DNA of 53,537 nt from an uncultured Gemmatimonadaceae bacterium. GTDB lineage: Bacteria; Gemmatimonadota; Gemmatimonadetes; Gemmatimonadales; GWC2-71-9. Position numbers and translations under genes: made by a program. The notes under the pieces were generated by a model that saw nothing but the letters and a program-made list of their open reading frames with translations, ran no database searches and was not told where the DNA came from. The stretch is from the NCBI GenBank assembly GCA_964641215.1, contig CAZXKD010000001.1, positions 23,721 through 77,257 on the forward strand, in the 5' to 3' direction. Of the stretch, positions 26,065 to 36,154 are shown in pieces. Position 1 is the first letter of the stretch. Every line of letters starts with the position of its first letter.

Positions 26065-28104
26065 TCACAGGATACCCCAGAAATCGCGCGTGACGTCGAA
26101 CGCCAGGCGCGCCCGGCGGCTTTGCACGCCGTAGCCCGCTTCCAGCCGGAACAGGCCCAGCCACTCGAGTGCCGCCCCGACGGTGAGGCGGGTCTCGGGG
26201 GTTGCGGCCCACGGCGTGCCGGCAACCGGTCGATCGCTCCATCCCGCCGCCGCGAACGGGGCGAGCGTGAGGGTAGTGGGAACGCGGGCGCCGCCCACGC
26301 GCAGCGCGGCGATCCCCACCGGCACGCGCCATTCGACGTGTCCGAGCAGCATGCGGGTGCCGCCCCAGGAGCGGAACGCATCGCCCGGCAGCGTGCCGCG
26401 GCCGCCCAACACGAACGCTCGGTGCGCCGGGAGGCCCACGCCGGCAAGGCCGCCCTGAGCGCGGAGCAGCAGCCGCGTCCCTCGCACCGGCAGCAGCAGC
26501 TGCCCGGCCGCGGCGAGCCGCGTGTACCTCGTCCCGCCGTCCCGGCGCCCGCCTTCGAGCAGGACCTCGAAAGACATGTCCCGTCGTACGGCCAGGCCTT
26601 CACTCCTGCGGCGCACGCCGATCTGGACCAGGTCCACGCCGCCGTCGCCAAGCGGTGGGTTGGGGCGGAAGGTCCCGCTGGCCGGCGCGGCGCGCACCGG
26701 CAGACTGGCGATCCACTCCCGGCCCACGGACCCGCTCCATTCGGTGCGGGCACCTAAGCGACGGCGCCAGGTGAGGCGGCCGCCGTCCGCCAGATAGTAG
26801 TCGCCATAGTCGTCGCCGAACTCCTGGGCCGAGAGCGAGTTGAGCAGCGGCGCGATCACCGGGACATCGGCGACATCCCGCACCTCGCGGTAGGCCCGGA
26901 GATCGAAGGCGTCGCGACCTGAGCCCCCCGTCGCCAGCAGCGTCCCCGTGGCCCGTCGGGCGGCGAGACCGTAGGCGGCATGGGCCCGCAGCTCCAGTCG
27001 GTCCCCGCCGCCTCGCCAGACCACGCCGGCGCCGGGTGTGAGCCCTTCCACGCGATTCGCGTGGATCACATCGCTGAAGCCCCGGGCCCCGAGGCCGGCC
27101 CGCCGCAAGCCCGTGAGCGCGCGTCGGCCCGCGATGCGTTCGACCTCGGTCCGGACCGTCTCCAGGTCGCCTTGTCGCACCGGTTCGGCGACATCCTGGA
27201 CGGCGACGGCGAGCGGCTGGGGCCAGGGAAACGAATCGCGCTCCGCTTTGGGGACCGCGGTGATCTCGTCCCCCACGAACCAGGAGGCGGCCAACCCGAG
27301 GTTGACCTCATATCCGTCGATCTGCCAACGGCCGCGGATGATGCCCCGCGCCGGCAGGTCGAACCACGTCGTGCGGCGGCGGATCTCGATCTCCTGGCGG
27401 TACGGGAGCCACCAGCGGTTCTCCCACAGCGCGTTGTCGAGGACGATGCTGACGTCCTCCAGCTCGGGATCCAGATACGCGCGGGGCGTAAACGTGAACG
27501 TGAGGCGGACCAGATCCGCGCTGGCAGCATCGAGATAGAGCGTGCCGACGATGCGCGGGGCGCCGAAGTCCTTGGGACGCACCCGTAGCCCGATGACCCG
27601 GACCTCGCGGCCGGGCAGCGCGATGCGCAGCGTATCGCCGAGGGCGTAGTCGTAGAGGATCCGCGCGCCGGGGCTGAGCGGGTGGGGCACGTCCCGCACT
27701 TCGTCGCCCTCGCCGAGCCGGATGGCGGGGCCGAAGTTGTTCTGGATGATGCCGAGGTGGTCCCGGTGGTAATTGATGTCGGTCGGCAGCTCGGCGCGGT
27801 CGCGCCAACCCACGATGCGCTGCTTGCTGGCGGCCGGGGCCTTCCAGTACACTTCCAGCTCGAGCTGATCCGCTTTGATCAGGCGCGGCGGCTCGCTCAA
27901 GCCTTCGCCGAACTGCCCGAGAAAGAAGAGGAACCCGTGGGCCTGGGCCTTGTAGTCCTGCAGCGAGCTGTCCGCCGCGGCGCGGCTGCGGCGCGCGGTG
28001 GCGCGCGCCACCAGCGCGAGCGCCGAGTCGGAATCCCAGGTCTGAGCGGCGGAGGCGACGGGAACCACGAGGGCCAGCACGACGAGCGGCAGCGGCAGGC
28101 GCAT
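26065..28104 (-). CDS. Omp85/bacterial-surface-antigen-like outer-membrane protein with unassigned N-terminal region
   Basis: ATG at 28104 (residue 159 of ORF 26065..28578). Signal peptide MRLPLPLVVLALVVPVASAAQ. The C-terminal ~250 aa show alternating beta-strand patterning and end ...RLAFDVTRDFWGIL (aromatic-rich beta-signal-like). Confidence 0.62.
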   Translation of the reverse strand: MRLPLPLVVLALVVPVASAAQTWDSDSALALVARATARRSRAAADSSLQDYKAQAHGFLFFLGQFGEGLSEPPRLIKADQLELEVYWKAPAASKQRIVGWRDRAELPTDINYHRDHLGIIQNNFGPAIRLGEGDEVRDVPHPLSPGARILYDYALGDTLRIALPGREVRVIGLRVRPKDFGAPRIVGTLYLDAASADLVRLTFTFTPRAYLDPELEDVSIVLDNALWENRWWLPYRQEIEIRRRTTWFDLPARGIIRGRWQIDGYEVNLGLAASWFVGDEITAVPKAERDSFPWPQPLAVAVQDVAEPVRQGDLETVRTEVERIAGRRALTGLRRAGLGARGFSDVIHANRVEGLTPGAGVVWRGGGDRLELRAHAAYGLAARRATGTLLATGGSGRDAFDLRAYREVRDVADVPVIAPLLNSLSAQEFGDDYGDYYLADGGRLTWRRRLGARTEWSGSVGREWIASLPVRAAPASGTFRPNPPLGDGGVDLVQIGVRRRSEGLAVRRDMSFEVLLEGGRRDGGTRYTRLAAAGQLLLPVRGTRLLLRAQGGLAGVGLPAHRAFVLGGRGTLPGDAFRSWGGTRMLLGHVEWRVPVGIAALRVGGARVPTTLTLAPFAAAGWSDRPVAGTPWAATPETRLTVGAALEWLGLFRLEAGYGVQSRRARLAFDVTRDFWGIL

Positions 28105-28110
28105 CGCTGG

Positions 28111-28710
28111 ATAATCTCGCGGGGCGCCCCGGTCGCGGCAAGCATACTGCTGCTGCTCGCGGGCTGCAGCACCAACGACACGGGCATGCCGCCGGGCGTG
28201 CCCCTCTCCAGTCTGCTCGTCCTTCCCCGCGGGGACTCGACGTTCCCGCCGAGCAGCCCCGTGACCTTGCTCGTGCACAACAACGTGCTCAGCCAGTTCA
28301 CGATCAGTCACCCCGACCCGATGAGCACGGTGTTCGCGACGCTCGCGTTCCCTCCCCACAGCATCGTCGCCGTTGGGAACGTGCTGGTGTGCGACACCTG
28401 CACGGTGAGCGTGACCGTGACAATCACGCCCGGCCAGTATGGGTTCACGGTCGGCCCGGCAGCGCTGGTGTTCAATCTCTCGAGCGAGCCAACGGTGTCC
28501 GTCAGCTACGGCGCCTACGGCGACCTGAGCGTGTACACCCAGAGCTCCCGTTACGCCACCGCGTCGGCCTACGAGCAAGCCCTCGCTCTATACCGACAGA
28601 GCTCGCCTGATCACTGGCTGCCAGGCCGCAACAGCGGCCACTCCAGCCTCTTCACGATTTCGAGCGCCATCGAAACCCCCGCCGCCTACCTCGTCGCGGC
28701 CCCCCGATGA
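28111..28710 (+). CDS. Putative lipoprotein (start codon uncertain: ATA/ATC, or ATG at 28186 without signal peptide)
   Basis: In frame upstream of the first ATG lies a textbook lipoprotein signal, (I)ISRGAPVAASILLLLAGCSTND. No ATG/GTG/TTG precedes it after the divergent gene start. The mature part is Ser/Thr/Val-rich and beta-like. ATGA overlap with trpE. Confidence 0.5.
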   Translation: MISRGAPVAASILLLLAGCSTNDTGMPPGVPLSSLLVLPRGDSTFPPSSPVTLLVHNNVLSQFTISHPDPMSTVFATLAFPPHSIVAVGNVLVCDTCTVSVTVTITPGQYGFTVGPAALVFNLSSEPTVSVSYGAYGDLSVYTQSSRYATASAYEQALALYRQSSPDHWLPGRNSGHSSLFTISSAIETPAAYLVAAPR

Positions 28711-30206
28711 CCGATTCCCGAGCCGAGTTCGTCGCTCGCGCCGAGCGCGGCGGCGTTGTGCCGTTGGTCCGCGAGGTCGTGCTCGACGCGGACACCCCGG
28801 TCGCCGTGTTCGCCAAGCTCGCCCGGCCGCCGTTCGGCTTCCTCCTGGAATCGGTCGTGGGCGGCGAGCGCTGGGCGCGCTATACCTTCCTCGGCACGGA
28901 GCCGCGCGAAGTGCTGCGCTACCGCGGCCGGGCCGTCGAGCGCTGGACGCGGGAGACGGGATGGCGCCCAGCGGGCGAGACCGACGATCCGATCGGCCAC
29001 CTCGCCCAGCGGCTCCGCGCGCTCCCGGCCGTCCCGGTGGGCGGGCTGCCCCGGTTCACCGGCGGCGCCGTCGGCTACCTCGGGTACGACCTCGTCCGCT
29101 CGATCGAGCGGCTCCCCCACCCTCCCGCCGACACCCTCGGAGCAGAGGTCCCGGACGCGGTGCTGATGCTCGCGGACACGCTGGTGATCCTGGACAACCT
29201 GTTCGGTCGGGCGATCGTGGTGGCGAGCGTGGAGGTCCCCCCGGCGGCACCGCCGCAGGAGCGCGCGCGGTTGTACGACAGCGCCGACGCCCGGCTGGAG
29301 CAGCTCGTCGCCAGGTTGGGTGCGCCCCACGGTCTCGCCCCGCTCACGATGCGCGACGGCGTCCCGTCTGTGGCCACGACCTCCCGTTATCCACGCGCGG
29401 CGTTCGAGCGCGACGCGGCGCGCATCCTCGAGTACATCCGTGCGGGCGACACCTTCCAGACCGTGCTCTCGCGCCGCCAGGAAGCAGCTGGCGGCGTAGA
29501 TGCGCTGCGCCTGTACCGCTATCTGCGGGCGCTCAACCCGGCCCCCTACCTCTTTTATCTGGAACTCGACGACCTCTCGCTGGTCGGCAGCTCCCCCGAA
29601 GTCCTGGTCCGGGTCGAGGGGGGTGAGGTGACGGTGCGGCCGATCGCCGGCACGCGGCCGCGCGGCGCGACCGACGCCGCCGACCAGGCGCTGGGGCAGG
29701 ACCTGCTCGCCGATGAAAAGGAGCGCGCCGAGCACCTCATGCTGGTGGACCTGGGCCGCAACGACGTGGGTCGTGTGTCCGCCTACGGGTCCGTGCGCGT
29801 CACCGATTTGCTCACCATCGAGCGCTATTCCCACGTCCAGCACCTGGTGAGTGAAGTGCGCGGCCGGCTGCGCGAGGGTTACGACGCGCTCGACGTGTTG
29901 AAGGCATGCTTCCCCGCCGGCACCGTCTCGGGGGCGCCGAAGGTGCGGGCGATGGAGATCATCGACGAGCTGGAGCCGGAGCGCCGCGGCCCCTATGCCG
30001 GCGCGGTCGGTTACGTGGGATGGGGCGCCGCCAGTCTCGACACGGCGATCGCGATCCGCTCGGCGTTGGTGTTGCGTGATCGCGTGCTCGTGCAGGCCGG
30101 CGCCGGGATCGTCGCCGACAGCGACCCGGCGCGGGAATACGCCGAGACCGAGGCGAAGGCGCAGGCCGTGCTGAGAGCGCTCGCCCTCGCGCGGGCTGGC
30201 GATTGA
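28707..30206 (+). CDS. trpE: Anthranilate synthase component I
   Basis: LESVVGGERWARYTF, IAGTRPRG, LMLVDLGRNDVGRV, GAVGYVGW: classic TrpE/chorismate-binding motifs. Confidence 0.95.
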   Translation: MTDSRAEFVARAERGGVVPLVREVVLDADTPVAVFAKLARPPFGFLLESVVGGERWARYTFLGTEPREVLRYRGRAVERWTRETGWRPAGETDDPIGHLAQRLRALPAVPVGGLPRFTGGAVGYLGYDLVRSIERLPHPPADTLGAEVPDAVLMLADTLVILDNLFGRAIVVASVEVPPAAPPQERARLYDSADARLEQLVARLGAPHGLAPLTMRDGVPSVATTSRYPRAAFERDAARILEYIRAGDTFQTVLSRRQEAAGGVDALRLYRYLRALNPAPYLFYLELDDLSLVGSSPEVLVRVEGGEVTVRPIAGTRPRGATDAADQALGQDLLADEKERAEHLMLVDLGRNDVGRVSAYGSVRVTDLLTIERYSHVQHLVSEVRGRLREGYDALDVLKACFPAGTVSGAPKVRAMEIIDELEPERRGPYAGAVGYVGWGAASLDTAIAIRSALVLRDRVLVQAGAGIVADSDPAREYAETEAKAQAVLRALALARAGD

Positions 30207-30221
30207 CGGTATTTTCCGCCT

Positions 30222-31838
30222 GTGTTCAAGCTGCTCTCCACATCGGGCGACCAATCCATCGATCTACAGCTCGGCCGCACTCTGGTCGTCGGACGGGCGG
30301 TCACCAGCGACATCCCGATCTACGATCCCACCATCTCCCGCACCCACGCGGAAGTCGCGCTCTCGAAAAGCGGGGTCAAGGTCAAGGATCTGGGATCCTC
30401 CAACGGCACCTTCCTGAACGGGGCGCGCGTCACCGAAGCCGAGGCCGGCGAGAACGACATCGTGACGTTCGGCAAGGTGGCCTTCAAGGTGATCTCCGTG
30501 ACGCCGCCGGCCCCACGCCCCCAGGTCGTGCCCGCCCCGCCGGACTTCTCCGGCGGCAAGCCGCCGGTGGGTGGGACGATCGTGCGCCAGATGCCGGTGA
30601 GCAAATCGGGCGGCGTGCCGGCGATCGTGATCGACACTCCCCAGGGGGCCTCCCACCTCAAAGTCTCCGCCCAGTCACAGGAAGAGCGCCGCGAGAAGAA
30701 GCTCTCCCTGTTGCTGGAGGTCTCCAAGGAGCTGTCGAAGCAGCAGGAGCTGGACCGCCTCCTCGACAAGGTCGTGGACTTCACGTTTCAGATCATGAAC
30801 GTGGACCGCGTGTCCATTCTCCTGCTGGACGAGAAGTCGAAGGAGCTGATCCCGCGGGTGTCCAAGAGCCGCACCGGAGACGCCAGCGCCGCCAAGCACG
30901 TGCCCCAGTCCATCGCGCGCAAGGCGGTCGAAGACCGCGTGGCGATCCTGTCCGACAACGCGGCGGCCGACGACCGCTTCAAGGGCAAGTCGATCCTGAT
31001 CCAGAGCGTGCGCAGCGCCATGTGCACGCCGCTTATGGGCTCGGACCAGAACGTGCTCGGCATTCTCTACGTCGACAACCAGACGGCCATTCACTCCTTC
31101 GCCGATGAGGACCTGGAGTTCCTGATTGCCTTCGGCGGCCTGACCGCGAACGCCATCGAAATCTCCCGGCTCTCCGACCGGCTGCGGCGCGAGGCGGTCG
31201 TGGTCTCCAACTTCCAGCGCTATTTCGCGCCGAACCTCGCTTCCCAGATCGCCCAGCAGGAAGGCGCCGTGCAGCTCGGCGGGCAGAAGCGCCCGGTGGT
31301 CATCTTCTTCTCCGATATCCGCGGGTTCACGCCCCTGTCGGAGACGATGGGGCCCGACGAGATCGCCACCCTCCTCACGGAGTACTTCACGGAAATGGTG
31401 GAGATCGTCTTCGAGCACAGCGGCACCCTGGACAAGTTCATGGGCGACGCGATCATGGCCTTATGGGGCGCTCCGATCGCTCATGCGGACGACGCCGACC
31501 GCGCCATGAAGTGCGCGCTCGACCAGCTCGTCTCGCTCGAGAAGCTCAACAAGAAATGGAAGGCGCAGGGCCGGCCCGAGCTGGGCATCGGCATCGGGAT
31601 CAACTTCGGCGAAGTGTTCGCGGGCAACATCGGCTCCGACCGGCGACTCGAGTATACCGTGATCGGCGACGCCGTGAACATCGCCAGCCGGCTCTGTTCC
31701 ACCGCCGGCCCCAACGAGATCCTGATTTCGGAGTCCTTTTACAAAGCGCTGAAGCACCCCCCCAAGGTCGAGGCGCTCGAGCCGATTCAGGTCAAAGGCA
31801 AGACGAAGAAGGTCCCCGTCTACCGCGCGAAACGGTAG
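30222..31838 (+). CDS. FHA-GAF-class III adenylate/guanylate cyclase
   Basis: FHA: GRAVTSDIPIYDPTISRTHAEV...GSSNGTFLNG. GAF-like region: residues ~165-320. Cyclase: VIFFSDIRGFTPLSE, DKFMGDAIMALWGAP, YTVIGDAVNIASRL (Lys/Thr specificity pair suggests ATP). Confidence 0.9.
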   Translation: MFKLLSTSGDQSIDLQLGRTLVVGRAVTSDIPIYDPTISRTHAEVALSKSGVKVKDLGSSNGTFLNGARVTEAEAGENDIVTFGKVAFKVISVTPPAPRPQVVPAPPDFSGGKPPVGGTIVRQMPVSKSGGVPAIVIDTPQGASHLKVSAQSQEERREKKLSLLLEVSKELSKQQELDRLLDKVVDFTFQIMNVDRVSILLLDEKSKELIPRVSKSRTGDASAAKHVPQSIARKAVEDRVAILSDNAAADDRFKGKSILIQSVRSAMCTPLMGSDQNVLGILYVDNQTAIHSFADEDLEFLIAFGGLTANAIEISRLSDRLRREAVVVSNFQRYFAPNLASQIAQQEGAVQLGGQKRPVVIFFSDIRGFTPLSETMGPDEIATLLTEYFTEMVEIVFEHSGTLDKFMGDAIMALWGAPIAHADDADRAMKCALDQLVSLEKLNKKWKAQGRPELGIGIGINFGEVFAGNIGSDRRLEYTVIGDAVNIASRLCSTAGPNEILISESFYKALKHPPKVEALEPIQVKGKTKKVPVYRAKR

Positions 31839-32407
31839 GGCCGCCCCAAGCGCGCCAGCAGATCCACGGCAAGTCCCAGGGGCAGGCCCATCACGCCGTA
31901 GACGTCTCCGTCCACCCGCGCGATCAACAGCGCGCCCAGCCCCTGGATGGCGTACGCCCCGGCCTTGTCGAGCGGCTCCCCGGTGGCCACGTAGGTCTCC
32001 AGCTCCGCACGGTCCATCGGCCGGAACGTCACTCGCGACACGTCGAGGGCCTGAGCGACGTCACCGTCCCGCATCACGGCGACTCCCGTCATCACTTCGT
32101 GCGTGCGCCCCTGCAGTCGGGTCAACATCGCCACGGCATCGGCTGGGGAGGCGGGCTTGCCGAAGATCTCCCCGTCCAGCACCACCGTCGTGTCGGCCGC
32201 GAGGATCAGCTCCCCGGGCGCGCGTGTCGCCACGGCCGCCGCCTTGGCCCGCGACAGCCGTGTGACATAGTGGTCCGGCGACTCGGCGGGACGCACGTGT
32301 TCGTCGACGTCGGGGGCGATCACGCGAAACGGGATGCGCAGCATTTCCAGGAGCTGGCGGCGGCGGGGTGAGCCGCTCGCCAGAACGATGGGGCGCTCGG
32401 CCGTCAT
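31820..32407 (-). CDS. maf: Maf-like nucleoside triphosphate pyrophosphatase
   Basis: LASGSPRRRQLL, ADTTVVLDGEIFGKP, GAYAIQG. The 3' end overlaps the cyclase gene by 19 nt (convergent). Confidence 0.9.
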   Translation of the reverse strand: MTAERPIVLASGSPRRRQLLEMLRIPFRVIAPDVDEHVRPAESPDHYVTRLSRAKAAAVATRAPGELILAADTTVVLDGEIFGKPASPADAVAMLTRLQGRTHEVMTGVAVMRDGDVAQALDVSRVTFRPMDRAELETYVATGEPLDKAGAYAIQGLGALLIARVDGDVYGVMGLPLGLAVDLLARLGRPYRFAR

Positions 32408-32853
32408 TTCTCGAGGATCAGCGTGACGGGCCCGTCGTTCACCAGCTCGACCTCCATCCTGGCGCCGAACTCTCCCGACTCGACCGTGATGCCACTCGCC
32501 ACTCCCCGCTTCCTCAGCGACGTCACGAACCGCTCGTACAGCGGAATCGCCACCGCGAGCGGAGCGGCGTCTGTGAAGCTCGGCCGGCGCCCCTTGCGGG
32601 CGTCGCCGTAGAGGGTGAACTGGGAGACCACGAGCAGCGCGCCCCGGACCTCGCCGAGGTCGCGGTTCATCTTGCCCTCGGAATCTCCGAAGAGACGCAG
32701 CCCGAGGATCTTCTCGACCATCCAGTCGAGGGTCTGCGCGGTGTCGCTCGGCGCGAAGCCGGCGAAGACGACAAACCCCACCTCGATGGCGCCCACCGTC
32801 CGTCCGTCAACACGCACCGATGCACGAGAGACGCGCTGCAGCACTACCCGCAT
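32404..32853 (-). CDS. dtd: D-aminoacyl-tRNA deacylase
   Basis: MRVVLQRVSRASV, SQFTLYGDARKGRRPSF, and a 149-aa length are typical of Dtd. ATGA overlap with maf. Confidence 0.95.
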   Translation of the reverse strand: MRVVLQRVSRASVRVDGRTVGAIEVGFVVFAGFAPSDTAQTLDWMVEKILGLRLFGDSEGKMNRDLGEVRGALLVVSQFTLYGDARKGRRPSFTDAAPLAVAIPLYERFVTSLRKRGVASGITVESGEFGARMEVELVNDGPVTLILEK

Positions 32854-32866
32854 CGGCTCCGCGGCC

Positions 32867-34683
<1,817 letters not shown>

Positions 34684-34699
<16 letters not shown>

Positions 34700-36108
34700 A
34701 GCTTGCGCCCTTCCTCGACGAGCTGCTCGGCCGCCGCGCCGGTCGGCGCCTCGGCGATCAGCCGGATGATCGGCTCCGTGTTCGACGGCCGCACGTGCAG
34801 CCACCGATCCCGCCAGGCGAGTCGCAGGCCGTCCTGCGCATCCACCGTCGCTTCGGGGAACCGACGGCGGAGCGCACCGTACCCCGCTTCCAGCATCCGC
34901 TCCGCGTCTCCCGTGCCGCGCTCCACCTTGGCCTTCACGATCACGTACCGCGGGGCCGCGCCGACCAGCGCGCTCAGCGGCCGGTCGTCACGCGCCAGCA
35001 GCGTCAGCACCAGCGCCGCCGCCACGGGAGCGTCCCGCCCCACGTGCAAGGCTGGATACATCACGCCGCCGTTGCCTTCTCCCCCGATCGGCGAGCGTCG
35101 CGCCTGCATCGCCCGAGCCACGTGCACCTCTCCCACCGGCACGCGGACGACTGCCGCGCCGCAGTCCCGGGCCGCATCTTCCACGACGAGGGACGTCGAG
35201 AGATTGCAGACCACGGGCCCGCGCGCCTTACCTTTCCCCTTTCCCCATTCCCCTTTCCCCAATACTGCTCTCACCGCGAAAGCGAGCGTATAATCCTCGC
35301 CGATCGGCCGTCCCCGCTCGTCCACCAGCGCCAGCCGGTCCACGTCCGGGTCCACGGCGATCCCGACGTCGGCTCTCGTGCGGCGCACCAAGGCGCCCAG
35401 CGCCGCGAGGTGCTCGGGCAGCGGCTCGGGCGGCCGGGGGAACCGACCGTCCGCCTCCAAGTTGATACCCGCGACGTGGCAACCCAGACGGGCCAACAGC
35501 TCGGGCATGACGGCACCGCCCGAGCCGCGCACCGTGTCCAGCGCCACGCGGAACCGCCGGCGCCGCACCCGGGCGACGGCCACCGCCGGTAACCGCAGCA
35601 CCTGCGTCACGTGGCGCGCCAGCGACGCTGCGTCGGCGGCTACCCGCCCCAACGCACCGTACGCGGCGCGGGGGAGCTCGCCCGCTGCGAGGGCCTGCAC
35701 CCGAGCCCCGGCGTCCGTATCAAGAAAGATGCCGTCGGAGCCGATGAACTTGAGCGCGTTCCACTCGATCGGGTTGTGACTGGCCGTGAGAACGATGCCG
35801 CCCGCAGCGCGGTGGTGCAGGGCGGCGAGCTGGGCGGTGGGCGTGGTCGTGAGCCCGAGGTCGATGACGTCGCAACCCACGGAGACGAGCCCGGCGATGG
35901 CGGCGTGGGCGAACATCGGCCCAGAAATGCGGGAGTCGCGGCCCAGCACCACGGCCGCGTGTCTCCCCTTCCCCTTCACCCTGTCACCATTCCCGGTCAT
36001 CGCCCACACCCCGAACGCCGCCGCGTAGCGCGCGACGTTCTCGGGGGTGAGGTCCTTGCCGACGATACCGCGGATGCCGGAGACGCCGACCATGAGGGTG
36101 CGGGTCAT
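34684..36108 (-). CDS. glmM: Phosphoglucosamine mutase-like enzyme (PGM/PMM superfamily)
   Basis: Active-site loop LTASHNPIEWNALKF, metal loop AVDPDVDRL, and position directly upstream of glmS (16-nt overlap). Contains two odd Gly/Lys-rich segments (GNGDRVKGKGRH; GKGEWGKGKGKA). Confidence 0.82.
35233..35260 (-). other. Tandem heptamer G-tract (GGGGAAA GGGGAAT GGGGAAA GGGGAAA), canonical G-quadruplex motif on the glmM sense strand
   Basis: The plus strand reads tttcccc tttcccc attcccc tttcccc. It encodes GKGEWGKGKG in glmM and is an A/T-containing island in a GC-rich gene. Confidence 0.8.
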
Positions 36109-36154
36109 GGCGGCAACGTAGAGACCGTGGGGGGGCGCGTCAATCGGACGCGCG

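Noticed and set aside
28686-30254. 522-aa minus-strand ORF antisense to trpE. Similar long antisense or out-of-frame ORFs lie at 37243..38583, 38375..39439, 39748..41052, 41815..42750, 43128..44588 and 47633..48976.
   Set aside because: Each overlaps a gene with clear family motifs on the other strand or frame, and each has Arg/Gly/His/Pro-dominated composition.
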